NCBI GenBank assembly: GCA_027604505.1
Contig: JADIIX010000052.1
Span: 124,001-150,875 of the forward strand
Length of the DNA: 26,875 nucleotides
Direction of reading: 5' to 3'
Source of the DNA: Gonapodya sp. JEL0774
Lineage: Eukaryota
This document shows positions 1 through 10,199 of this stretch, in pieces (the stretch's first letter is position 1; every line of letters begins with the position of its first letter). Both the position numbers and the translations under genes were made by a program. The notes under the pieces are model-generated. The model was not told the DNA's origin and did no database searches. It saw only the letters and a list, made by a program, of their open reading frames with translations.

Positions 1-1108
1 TCAGAAATTGCAGATGTCACTCGCAGGGATTTTCGATCTCGTCGTTTTTCGAGTACTCAGTCGATTGACAGTCCGACCCAACACAACCTCCGAAAGTCGT
101 CTCCTCCTCCCACTGGTTACGCGACGCGACCGGACATCCCAACATTTCACGACACTCTTCTTGCCCCGTCTCCTCAAATACCTTACTTTCAGTTTGATGA
201 AACAACGCTGAACTTCATGGCAAGCAGACTTGACGAGCTCGGACGAGACCATAATGTGGGGAGTGTGGAGGCGATTACACAGTCGGAAAGTGGTCGATTT
301 CGACGTGAGGCTGGCATTCTTGTGCCTTTTTGCGTGGTGGACGGGAGACCGTCGGTATTGCTCACCGTACGGAATACAAAGATGAGAAAGCACACTGGGG
401 AAATCGCACTCCCCGGAGGTGTGAGAGACCCAGAGGATGTGACAATTCAGGACACTGCACGTAAGTTATTGTCTCCGTGTGAGCTTTGGAGGCATAGTGT
501 AACATCTCCCGGCCATCTCGTCGTTTCAATTGTTTCCTCTAAAGTTCGAGAAACATTTGAAGAGATACACATACGTGACTCTCGTGTCCGCCTCTTGGGA
601 TCTCTGCCTCCCGTCCCAGATATATCCGGTTCAACACGAGTGACTCCTTCCGTTGGGTTCGTGGACCTGCCTAAACACCCTAAAGACCTCCACTACAATA
701 TAGACGAAGTGGGTCTTGACCCTTTCCGTTGCTTAATGTCCAATCTATTGCACGTGCCGCTTCACTCGTCAGGTATCTCGAATCTTTCACCTCACCATAG
801 ACCAACTTCTTGACCCCAGCCGGCAGAAATACATGACCTTTCGCAAAACGAAACACAGTATTGCTGTGTTCCGTGCTGATGACACTACGTCCGTTCCTCC
901 TCCTCATGTCCCTTTGCTGCCCTCTCCAACATCTTTCAACTCGCTCCCCGAACCCTACAGGCAAGAGCTTATTGACTATGAGGGTGATCATGGGAGTACA
1001 GTTGTGTGGGGTCTTACTGCCTACGTTCTGTCAACGTTGCTGAGAGAGGTGGTGATACCAGCTATTGAGGATGCGAAAAGGAGGGCTGAGCGTGTCGAGT
1101 CAATATAA
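1..1108 (+). CDS. Nudix hydrolase, CoA diphosphatase family (NUDT8/NUDT7/PCD1-like); 5' end lies upstream of the window
   Basis: Frame 1 is open from base 1. Exons 1-460, 545-708 and 773-1108 (GT-AG introns) restore LLTVR...HTGEIALPGG (CoA-Nudix motif), the Nudix box DTALRETFEEI, NIDEVSRIF (NPDEV-like) and VWGLTA. Confidence 0.92.
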
Positions 1109-1284
1109 TATTACTACTATTGAATGAACTTATAGCATATGGGGAGGATTCATTGCATTCGAAGATGAACCAACAAGCGGTTCAACTGTAATATGCAACC
1201 ACATTCAATCGCAAAACTGCTAGGGAACACGGAGATTTTACTGAGGCACATCGCCGCATCATGGTTTGACTCCTCAGCGTCGAT

Positions 1285-3477
1285 TTAATGTCCTCCCCCA
1301 GCCACAATTACCGCTAAAGACAAAGGCATCACCACACAGCCACTCCCTAGGAGCAACCACGAACCAATTCTGATGGCACGGCGATACCTGCTTGACGGCG
1401 GCAAGCGTACTCGATGCCATCGGGCGTTGAGGCGAACGCGAAGAGGGTGGAGGGCGAGGTAGAAGAGTGGAGGAAGACTGGCAATAGGGTTGGTTGCCAC
1501 AAGAGTAGGAAGGTGTGAATCTCATAGACTCACATGTAACAGAGTCCCACACTTCCTGTGGCGCCGACAACTGCCAGGACCAAATCGAGCCTCGTTACAA
1601 CTGCAGCAACAACATACATGGCAGCCAACAACGCAGAAGTGAGTCCGACAAACTCTCTCCTCTCCCTCGCTGCAACAGCATCTCTCATCTCCGTCCCACT
1701 GGTTCCATCGAGATCGTCGTCTTCGCCTCCCGAGAGACGGATTCCCGACCCGGGTGTTGCAAAACGGCGGAAGATGTTGGACGCGGACATGCGACACGGA
1801 TAGACTTGCAACGGGATAGATACAAGGGCAAAAAGGCCGATGGCAAGGTGGGCTGCAAGAGCGAGGTGGTTAGAGGAGGGGTCTGTTGCGGAACGTGAAT
1901 CAAAAGCGGGTGCGGGCCATTCGGTCACAGACTGGAAGAGGGAGCACATGTTCACGGTACGCAACTCACAACTTTGCACGACGTTGCTTCCAACCGCATC
2001 CCCAATACTTATGTAACCTGCAACTCCTACTATAATGTAAACAATCGCAGCGGTAATGGTCGACGAGAAGATTACTATGGAGGTGTTCCGGTGCGTCGGT
2101 ACGGGGAGCTCGTTGTGAATGACGAAGAGCTGAGAGGTGTTGTTCAGTGTATTTCGGTGTTAAGACAGCAGCAATAAGTGAACAATGTTGTTGCAATGTC
2201 AAGAACCAGTACAGAAGCGGAAGGTAAAGCACAGAATCCAACTCACGTTCTGATGACATGTGAAAGCAAACACAAAAACTGGTAACTTTTGTACCGCCGC
2301 CCAGCTCGGCGCCTTGTACCAGCTCCACTCCGCAACAAGAAAGGCTCCCTGGCCGTCCTGTTCATTGGGCACTCCCACCACGCAGAACCATACCACCACG
2401 AAACACAAGTATGCTGCACAGAGCAGTCCGAAGGCGCTTACGTGGCGTAAGGCGTGCACGGAAGGGAGGAAGCATACGGGGGCGATGGTAAGGGTAGTGA
2501 GGGTGGTAAAGGCCAAGTGGGTGGTGCACCAGGCGGGTAGTAAGGAAGTCAAGGAAGCTGGTGGGTAGAGTCATGAGTTTACGAAAAGAGTAGAAGACGC
2601 AAGGGACCACTGGAAAGGAGATTCCTTCTGTCGTGTCGGGTTTGCAATTCCAAGTAACAAGTAACCCACCTCGCAGAGTGTCTGCGGCAACCATTATGTA
2701 GGACACCGAAACACCAAAGCATTTTATCGCGACCGCCAAATCAAAGAGAACTGATGCCTGTGGATAGGTAAAGCGGGCAACATCTGTGAAGGTCACCGGA
2801 GGCCGTGTTCCGGCGAGGACCAAGTAGGGGTCCTTGATGTCGGACTGAGGCAACCACGACTTAAAGTTCAGGGATGAGATGAGAGGAGCCGTAGTTATAT
2901 CATCGTCCGCATGGAGAAGTAATTCATCCTGTTGACCGCTTGCGACTCCTGCCGTTTGCGGTAGCGCCGTTTCTGGATTGCTCCTCGAAATGTTTTCGGG
3001 CCCAACATCCACATTCTCGTCACCCTCTTCTGCCACTGTTGGTACCGTGCTAGGAATAACACCAGCTGTCTCGAGCTCGTCCCTTTGATAAAAAAATACT
3101 GTCCGAGCTGAAGCTCCGAGAATCTCGAGTCCAAAAGTGGCACACAACCACACTAGGAACACTACTACAAGAGCAGGGAGAATTCCATAGGTGGCAAAGG
3201 CCATCGGCATAGCCAGCATTCCAGTGCCGAGGAGTGTTTTCAGTAGATTCAGGTACGAAGAGAATACCGTAGCTGTTGGAGACACAACAAGAGGGGAAAT
3301 GGCGACATTGGAGGTTGAGGAAATCCGTGATGACGGCGATTCACGGTGGGTATTGGTCGGGCTAGAGTCGTTGGTCCGCACAGAGAGAGCTGGTGTCATT
3401 CCCAATTTCGACGACGGTGTGTTCGTGGTGGACCAACCGTTCTGGGACACATGCATAAGAAGTTCCTTCATCTTCAT
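1285..3477 (-). CDS. Amino-acid transporter, Aa_trans/AAAP family (vacuolar AVT5/6/7-like), ~606 aa; start codon uncertain
   Basis: Exons 3477-2670, 2557-2247, 2129-1970, 1882-1534 and 1477-1285 have consistent phases. Motifs: NLLKTLLGTGMLAMP, AIKCFGVSVSY, FAFTCHQN, SIPLQVYPCR, VGATGS...YILPPLFY. Many hydrophobic helices. Confidence 0.92.
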
Positions 3478-3893
3478 CAACGTATTTACAAAGAAGATAA
3501 CAGTGAAGTTTCTTCACTAGCCCGTACCCGTCACTGTGAACGTCTCATCTCTTGCTTCCAATTTGGCCCACCGTTAAAATAGATCTTGAGAGGTGTTGAA
3601 AACTATTAAAACAGCTACTTCATATAGATTTTGCTGTCTGCGCTTGTCGGAGTATTTGAATTAATGTGTTCTATACGGGGGCTGGTCAGCAAGTGGTGGG
3701 AGAAGGTGGGAGTCAAGGGCTGAGTGCCCTTGCGAAGCCAACACAACCCGGTCGCGATCATTGTCCTCAAATTGATTTTGCCACCCACCCAGTCACGTCT
3801 GCGAGCTCTTCTCGCTCTCATCTTTTCATCGTGATTTTCGCGCGTCTTTTTCCTGCACCTTTCCCACGAGATAAGGATCGATAGCTCATTCAC

Positions 3894-4933
3894 ATGAGCA
3901 AAGGCACTTACCTGGATGGTTATGACCGCGACGCCGCCGCCTCGCGAGTTTCTTACCCGTCTGCGCCCTCCTCGGCCCTCCACACATTGCCTCCAAACGG
4001 GACCGGTCGAATGTCTCCAGACATCTCACCACCAAACTACGGGAACACCTTCACAGCGACCCAACCCTTTCAATCATCGTCATCTCCGATCCCCTACGAT
4101 GCCTATCCTTTATACCCAGGTGCCTATTCCAACACAACCGGAGTCCACGTGCTGCCTCCGTACTCTGCCTCCACTCAGGTCACCATAGTCTCCCCTTGGA
4201 ACAGTCCATCGACTCTACGAGTCGTTGAAATGGAGACCGTGGTTGATGACGTGACGTTGTTAGAACGCTTCGTAAGTTTACCCTGCAACGCAAAGCATCT
4301 AATTCTCTCCATCAGCTCACATCACAATCCACCCAATTGATCAAACTTCTATTTGCTCTGAAGAGTTCTGCATTATTAATACTCCGCGTGCTGGGTGTCC
4401 TCATTTCGGGGGCGTTGCTTGCCACGTCTGCTTCGCTAGCATCTCAGCTTGCTCCGGGATCAGCACATCGAGGGTGGACGGCTGGGGCACTAGTTGTGGC
4501 AGTGTGGGGCGTCGGAGAAGGCTCTGTGGGAGCGGCTATGATGCATAGAAGGTGGACATGGTGGAAGAAGCGTTTCTTCTAGTGAGTCACGAAATAGTTG
4601 GGAGGTATGCGTTCAGAACCCACCCACCACAGCGGTGACACTAACATGGCGACCTCTCCTTTACCCGCCATCCTTGTCTGTCACAGCTCCATCGCTATTG
4701 CCTTCTCGTCCTTCTCCATGTCCTTTTGTGCTACACTCGCCGTCCTTTCCTCCTCCCCCTCCTACGATCTGTGCACCTACTACGGCATTCCTGGGCCTGA
4801 GTATACGCAAGGCCGCTGTGCGGCCCTTTACGGAACCCGGTACTTGCTCTGGGCCGGGGCAATAGTGTGGCTTGGAGCTTTAGTTGTAGCTTGGCGTGCG
4901 TCAGCCCTTATTCGAGCAAACGGACTGGGATAG
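3894..4933 (+). CDS. Hypothetical membrane protein, ~298 aa: Pro/Ser/Tyr-rich N-terminus followed by about four predicted TM helices
   Basis: Exons 3894-4271, 4364-4581 and 4633-4933 (GTAAGT..AAG and GTGAGT..CAG introns) join three ORF-track fragments in phase. Two Cys lie in the loop before the last helix. Family not recognised. Confidence 0.7.
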
Positions 4934-5561
4934 TAGATCGGCCTGGGCTGCGTGAGAGGGTCAGCATTCTCCGACAATCGCAGATGATAAACCGCCGTTA
5001 CACTTTTTTGGTAGCAGCTGCAGCATTGTCAGCAATTATGTGATATATGCAAATGTTGTCTTGGTCAGGTTTCTCCAAACGAGAGCCTTGTGGACTAATG
5101 ATTGACAAGCGTTATGGAGAATGATAAGATTATGGAGAGGGTGGAAAACGTGATGTCCGTATCCCAAGAATTGTGCAGAGCTTCTCCACGTTAGTTCTGG
5201 CACTGACGGAGATACGTTGATCACGTGTGACATCATATCACGTCCACAACCCAACTTCTCTCTGTAGCTTTTCATTCTGTGTTCAAAACGTTTTCTCAAT
5301 GCAAATTCCTCTCGAAAATTAGTAACTTCTCTGCCTGGAAAAACCTCCGGCGAATTATCGTGACGTAATAATGACCATTTTCACAAATTGAAACAAATAC
5401 ACTCTCAAAATGATATTCCGCTGTGAACTTGAAGGAATCGATTGACCCCGATTGGTCTTGCTTGATCCCCGAGACAGTGTTCGGGGAAGGCAAAATGACG
5501 ACGAAGGCAACGCCGGGTGGTGCTCACTTCTCCACACATTTTCAATTATTACCCAAAACCC

Positions 5562-8500
5562 ATGCAGCAACCCAGGCTGCCGGCCGCGACAATACTGCCA
5601 GACACTCTCGCCCGCCTTCTCGCTGATAATGCGAGCGCTCAATCATTGGACGACCGGAGAAACCAGGACCGACACGCTGGTGGAGCGGACAGTGGCAGTG
5701 GGGAATCCCAGGTGGCCGGGAACGTTCTGTTGGTGGATGTTCGACCTCCAACAGACTTCTCACGAGCTCATATTGTCGGTGCTGTCAACCTGAACGTGCC
5801 GAGTACACTACTGAAGAGGGAGGGTTATAACCACACGAAGATGGCAGATCTTGTGGGAGGGGACACAGGGAAAGCACTGAGGAAACTGGAAACATTTTCG
5901 AACATAATTGGTGGGTCATGCAAGATTGCTGGTCGCGAGCGCAAATTTTGAGTCGAGGATTCAGGATTGGGATGTGTTGACATCATTCTTGCACCATGAC
6001 CTGGCCACGGTGGCAGTTTACGACACCGACTCGGAGAACGCGCTGCCAAATACCTCTCTATTGTCGACTTTGGTGAAGTTGGAGAAGAGTGCCACCGGAG
6101 GTTGCATAGTTGCGTTCCTTAATGGAGGCTTTGAAGGCTTTCGAGCTAAAGTAAGGTTACCCTCCCAAACCAATTAGTCACATCTGGAGTTTATCACAGC
6201 CCGTCCGTCTTTTAGTTCCCTCAACACATTAGTGATGGCTCCCAGCGATCTCATTCTCTTCCTTCCTCCCTGCCCACTGGCCTCTCCCTTCACTTGCCCG
6301 CGGTCCCACCAACCCCTCCCGTTCCTCAGCACCAGCTGTCTGAATCTCCTCCAGACACTTCTCACACTTCTCACACATTTTTGCGTTCCACATCCGCAAA
6401 TGCTATATTAACGGCGCCTCCAGGCCTCGTGAATCGCGGTCCTCCACGTTTTTTGTACGGCACGGATATTGAAACGGATCCACCACCGTCTTTTAGAATA
6501 CTACGCCAACGCCCAGGAGCATCGTTGAGTCCCGATCTTGCCAAAGCCTCCCTCCCGAGCTTTCTGGTTCGCGTTGCGACAGCTCCTCAGCCCCGGGAGG
6601 AGCTTCGGCGGAAGTACAATGCATTGCAGAAGGAAGAAACGGCGCGAATGGGCTTAGCGGCTAAGGCGGGTGGCCCATATGATCGTGAGTTGCCTTGGTG
6701 AAAACGATGTTGAGGTTGGTTTCCTCAGCTCCTTGCACATCCAGCGTTTTCTGTGTCCGTCGGAATAGAGTCTGGATACAAGAATCGTTATACCAACATC
6801 TGGCCTTGTGAGTTAAATGAGCTAGCAATCGTCTCCAAGCACAGTTATTCTAACTTCATCTCGCAACCTGAGAGACAATTACAACCGAGTTCACCTTCAA
6901 GACGCTCCCGCAGGCTCTGACTACATCAATGCCTCACACGTGCGAACATCTAAGCTCTTTTCGCCGGCAATTCAGGGGACGGGAGCGATGGGACCATCTG
7001 GTCCTGCACTCGAAGAATTTGTTTGCACTCAAGGTCCTATCGCGGAGACGGTCGGGGACTTCTGGCAAATGGTGAGGTACAAGTCTTAAAAGACAGTTAA
7101 CGCTCCATCAGGTGTTCGTCGGATGCAATCCCTTTGTGTATTTTCCATTCGCCGTCCGATAGGTATGGCAAGAGAACAGCCGTCTTGTGGTGATGCTCGC
7201 AAGGGAAGATGAATCAGGGCGCAAAAAATGTCACAAGTGAGGGTGTACTCAGTCGGTGGTGAATCTCTTAACTTGTTTAATGCACTAGTTCCCTCAGATA
7301 CTGGCCTGACGCTGCTATGCCGGTCCTCGATCTCTCACCGCAGCTGACAGTCAGATTCATTTCTTCATGGAGTCCACCATATGCACCCACTGTCATCTCT
7401 TGTCGTCTTTTTGAACTGTCGCGACGCGACGCAACCGTACCGACTTTGTTACTAGACACGCGCATTATTTGCCAAGTCGTCTACGAAGGGTGGGACGATC
7501 ACAATGTACCGGACGTTAAAGAGCTCTCCAAGCTGCTTTCTTTATATGATGAGGCAATGACGATTTTGACTAAGTTTGAAGCCACTCAAAACAGTACATC
7601 AACGACCGCTATAGGGCCTTCGGTAGTGCACTGTAGTGCTGGATGTGGACGAAGTGGAACATTTTGCGCTTTGCGATGGATCAATGATGCTCGCTCAAAG
7701 GGGGCTGGTTTACCGTTGAAAGCTACTTCCAGTAATGGAGTTGGACAGGACTCATTATTCGGGAAACCCAAAGATTCGGGAGAAGATGACTTGGTGTTTG
7801 CAGTCGTCAGGCGATTGAGGGAGCAGAGGCTTCTGTGAGCGCTCTACTGCATATCCTTAAACTTATTGATTCATTGACTGGTGTCTCTATTATAGCCTCG
7901 TACAAACGTTCTCGCAATTTTGTCTTCTATATGAAACTCTGCTCCTTAATGCAGTGCACAGTGATTCTTCACCAGGAGAGGTGGCCACAAGAGCTTCTGT
8001 CGCCGACTGGCTACGTGCAAATGTTGAAAGCAGCGTTTCTATGGGTGGGATTGAATCAAGTGGAACAGTTACAAACCAGGACAATACTCACGGAACCGAG
8101 ACAGTGAACTTGTCGGCACGGACCACGACGGCTTCGGTGAAAGGGCTCAGTTCGAACCCTTGCGAAGGTGACTCTTTTCGCTCAACCCCAGAGATTCGAG
8201 GAATCAACAAAATTTGCGCAAGCGAGGCAGGAAGGGTGCCTGAATGGACGAAAGCTGATGCAACAGGTGAAAAGGTGATGGTTGACAGGGGAAAAGGCAC
8301 CGTACGTCCGATGACGGAGACTTTTTTGGCAAAAAGGACCTCAGTCGGTCAAGGACTAGTGAATGCGAATGCTGTGGTGGAGCGCGTCGCACCACAATCG
8401 ATCGCTGTGGTGGAACGCGTTTCATCACAGTCAACCGTGAAGGGGGGAGACGTCTTCGTACTGCCAACCTCTGTGAAGGGTGTCGCGACCAAGCCAGTGA

Positions 8501-8658
8501 TCAAGGCACCAGAATCAACACAGCCGGTTACATCGGTAGGGAGTCTCTCACAAAGGTCAAACGAACAGGCGTCAACAGAACCTTCTGGCCCGGAAAAGCT
8601 CGTGAAAGATTCTTCCGGCTCATGCGGAGGCATTGTAACTACGAACGACGCCTTGTGA
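5562..8658 (+). CDS. Classical protein-tyrosine phosphatase with N-terminal rhodanese-like domain (Pyp1/Ptp2-Ptp3 MAPK-phosphatase type), ~861 aa
   Basis: Exons 5562-5910, 6017-6150, 6216-6684, 6745-6807, 6875-7071, 7163-7236, 7298-7834 and 7896-8658. Rhodanese LLVDVRP...HIVGAVN...PSTLLKR. PTP motifs [49 protein letters not shown]...VQTFSQF. Ser/Thr-rich C-tail. Confidence 0.95.
8371..8436 (+). repeat. Imperfect 33-bp tandem duplication in the phosphatase tail ([11 protein letters not shown] / [11 protein letters not shown])
   Basis: gctgtggtggagcgcgt at 8371 and gctgtggtggaacgcgt at 8404. Confidence 0.8.
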
Positions 8659-8987
8659 GAAGGAAAAAGATCCCTCTCGATTAAACGTGGGTAGCATAGC
8701 TGTCACCAAAGCAGGCAAGAGAGCATCCATGTCTGGATTGCGGACTGCGTAGCTTGGCACGCCAAGATAAAAGGATTTGATGAAACTGGGCGTCACATAA
8801 ACCAAGCCCATAGCAACTTGTATGCATTGACATTTGGATTGTACTTTGATTACTAAAGATGCAACGGATACCATAGACTGAATGAAGTCGACTCGAAGAG
8901 CGTCTAGATTTTAAATTTTCTAAACGGTGATGAATGTACAGTAAATTTAGCTCTTCTGGGAAGGCCATCCACAATGAAATACTACAG

Positions 8988-9961
8988 TTATGCTTGCACT
9001 CTTATCTGCTCGTCCGCCTCAATCATGCCGCGAATATGTGGGGCAAGTGCATAGTTACCAAGCTTGTCGCGAGGAAGAAATTTTGCTCCACGAACCAAAC
9101 GGACACACTGGGAACATAACCAGAGTCGCATAGTGAAATGGGCCCGAATTTTGAAAAAGGGTGGGAAAATGGTTAGAAAATATAGACTCCTAGTACTTGA
9201 AACGGTCCGCCTGGGAAGCCGCAGTTGAATTCCTACATTTTCACTTCCGCACCAGCACTCAAATGGCTGGTCCATCTCCCACTCGGTTGAGGGATAGAAG
9301 AATGTGAGTTCATCACCCTCAGCCAGGTCCTTGTTGGCAACGACACGGTGGTTGGGAATATCTAGGAGAGTTGAAGGGGTGCACGAGTGGTTCCTTCAAC
9401 GTTCCAAACAAGAAAATGGTATTCGTGTTTAACTGGATGGTGGAGACAAAGCCTGGTACGAAGACTTTTGGCGAATGAGAAAGATGACACTCACATAAAT
9501 ACGAGCTCGGAGTTAAGTTCGACGTGCTCGTCCGGACCGACTTGTACAGTGGTGTACCTGACAGATTCCGACCAATTTAACGGGAGTTTCAGGCACTGTG
9601 CTCGCTTGCAAGTGATAAGGAACCCTCTGCAATCATGGCGAGCAGTACCAGGCTTGCCATTCATCCCTTGCGCACGTTATCATACACACCTCTTGGTCGC
9701 TCTAGTCAGGCCCTCTAGCTTAGCAATTGAATCACCCTTCTTAAACGCTCTTTTTGTGACCAACTGGGGTATTGAATGAATTCGGAACGGACCGATCAGC
9801 AAAGAATGAAGAAGTGCGATGACAGCCATGCTGACCTTGGATGACAAGTTGTCTCCAAATTTAATTTCAAAGAGCTCGGGATGTTTAAGCGGCATTCCAG
9901 AAACGTTTTGAGGAGATGTTGGGAGCGATGCCGCATCCAAGATTGCAACTGCAGCAGACAT
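8988..9961 (-). CDS. Small stand-alone SET-domain protein with post-SET cysteines (putative lysine methyltransferase), ~179 aa
   Basis: Exons 9961-9836, 9763-9690, 9557-9495, 9393-9237 and 9107-8988. Motifs: LVTKRAFKKGD, FMNHSCTP, ANKDLAEGDELTFFY, and post-SET FECWCGSENC. Confidence 0.92.
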
Positions 9962-10199
9962 TTTGGATTTGAGCGATGATTGATTTGCGGGAAGTTGGAA
10001 TGCCGATGCTTGTGTAAAGGAATGGAATGTGTGTTGCGCTTGCTTTTATGGAGACGCGGAATCTGCTCCGGAACTGAACCAAGCGCTGAGTGCGGAGGAG
10101 CTGCCTGACCATCGAAAATATGACGGTCATTGTATTTGTTTTGACGAAAAGCTGTTTCAATGAGAAAACTTCTGTATATTCAAGAACTGGCATTGCTTT

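Noticed and set aside
5495..5626. Out-of-frame upstream ATG ORF overlapping the phosphatase start (possible uORF)
   Set aside because: The transcription start is unknown, so the ATG may lie outside the mRNA; no other support.
9962..10199. Short spacer between epoxide hydrolase and SET genes as a sign of an operon or cluster
   Set aside because: Similar short spacers occur throughout the left half, and there is no functional link between the products.
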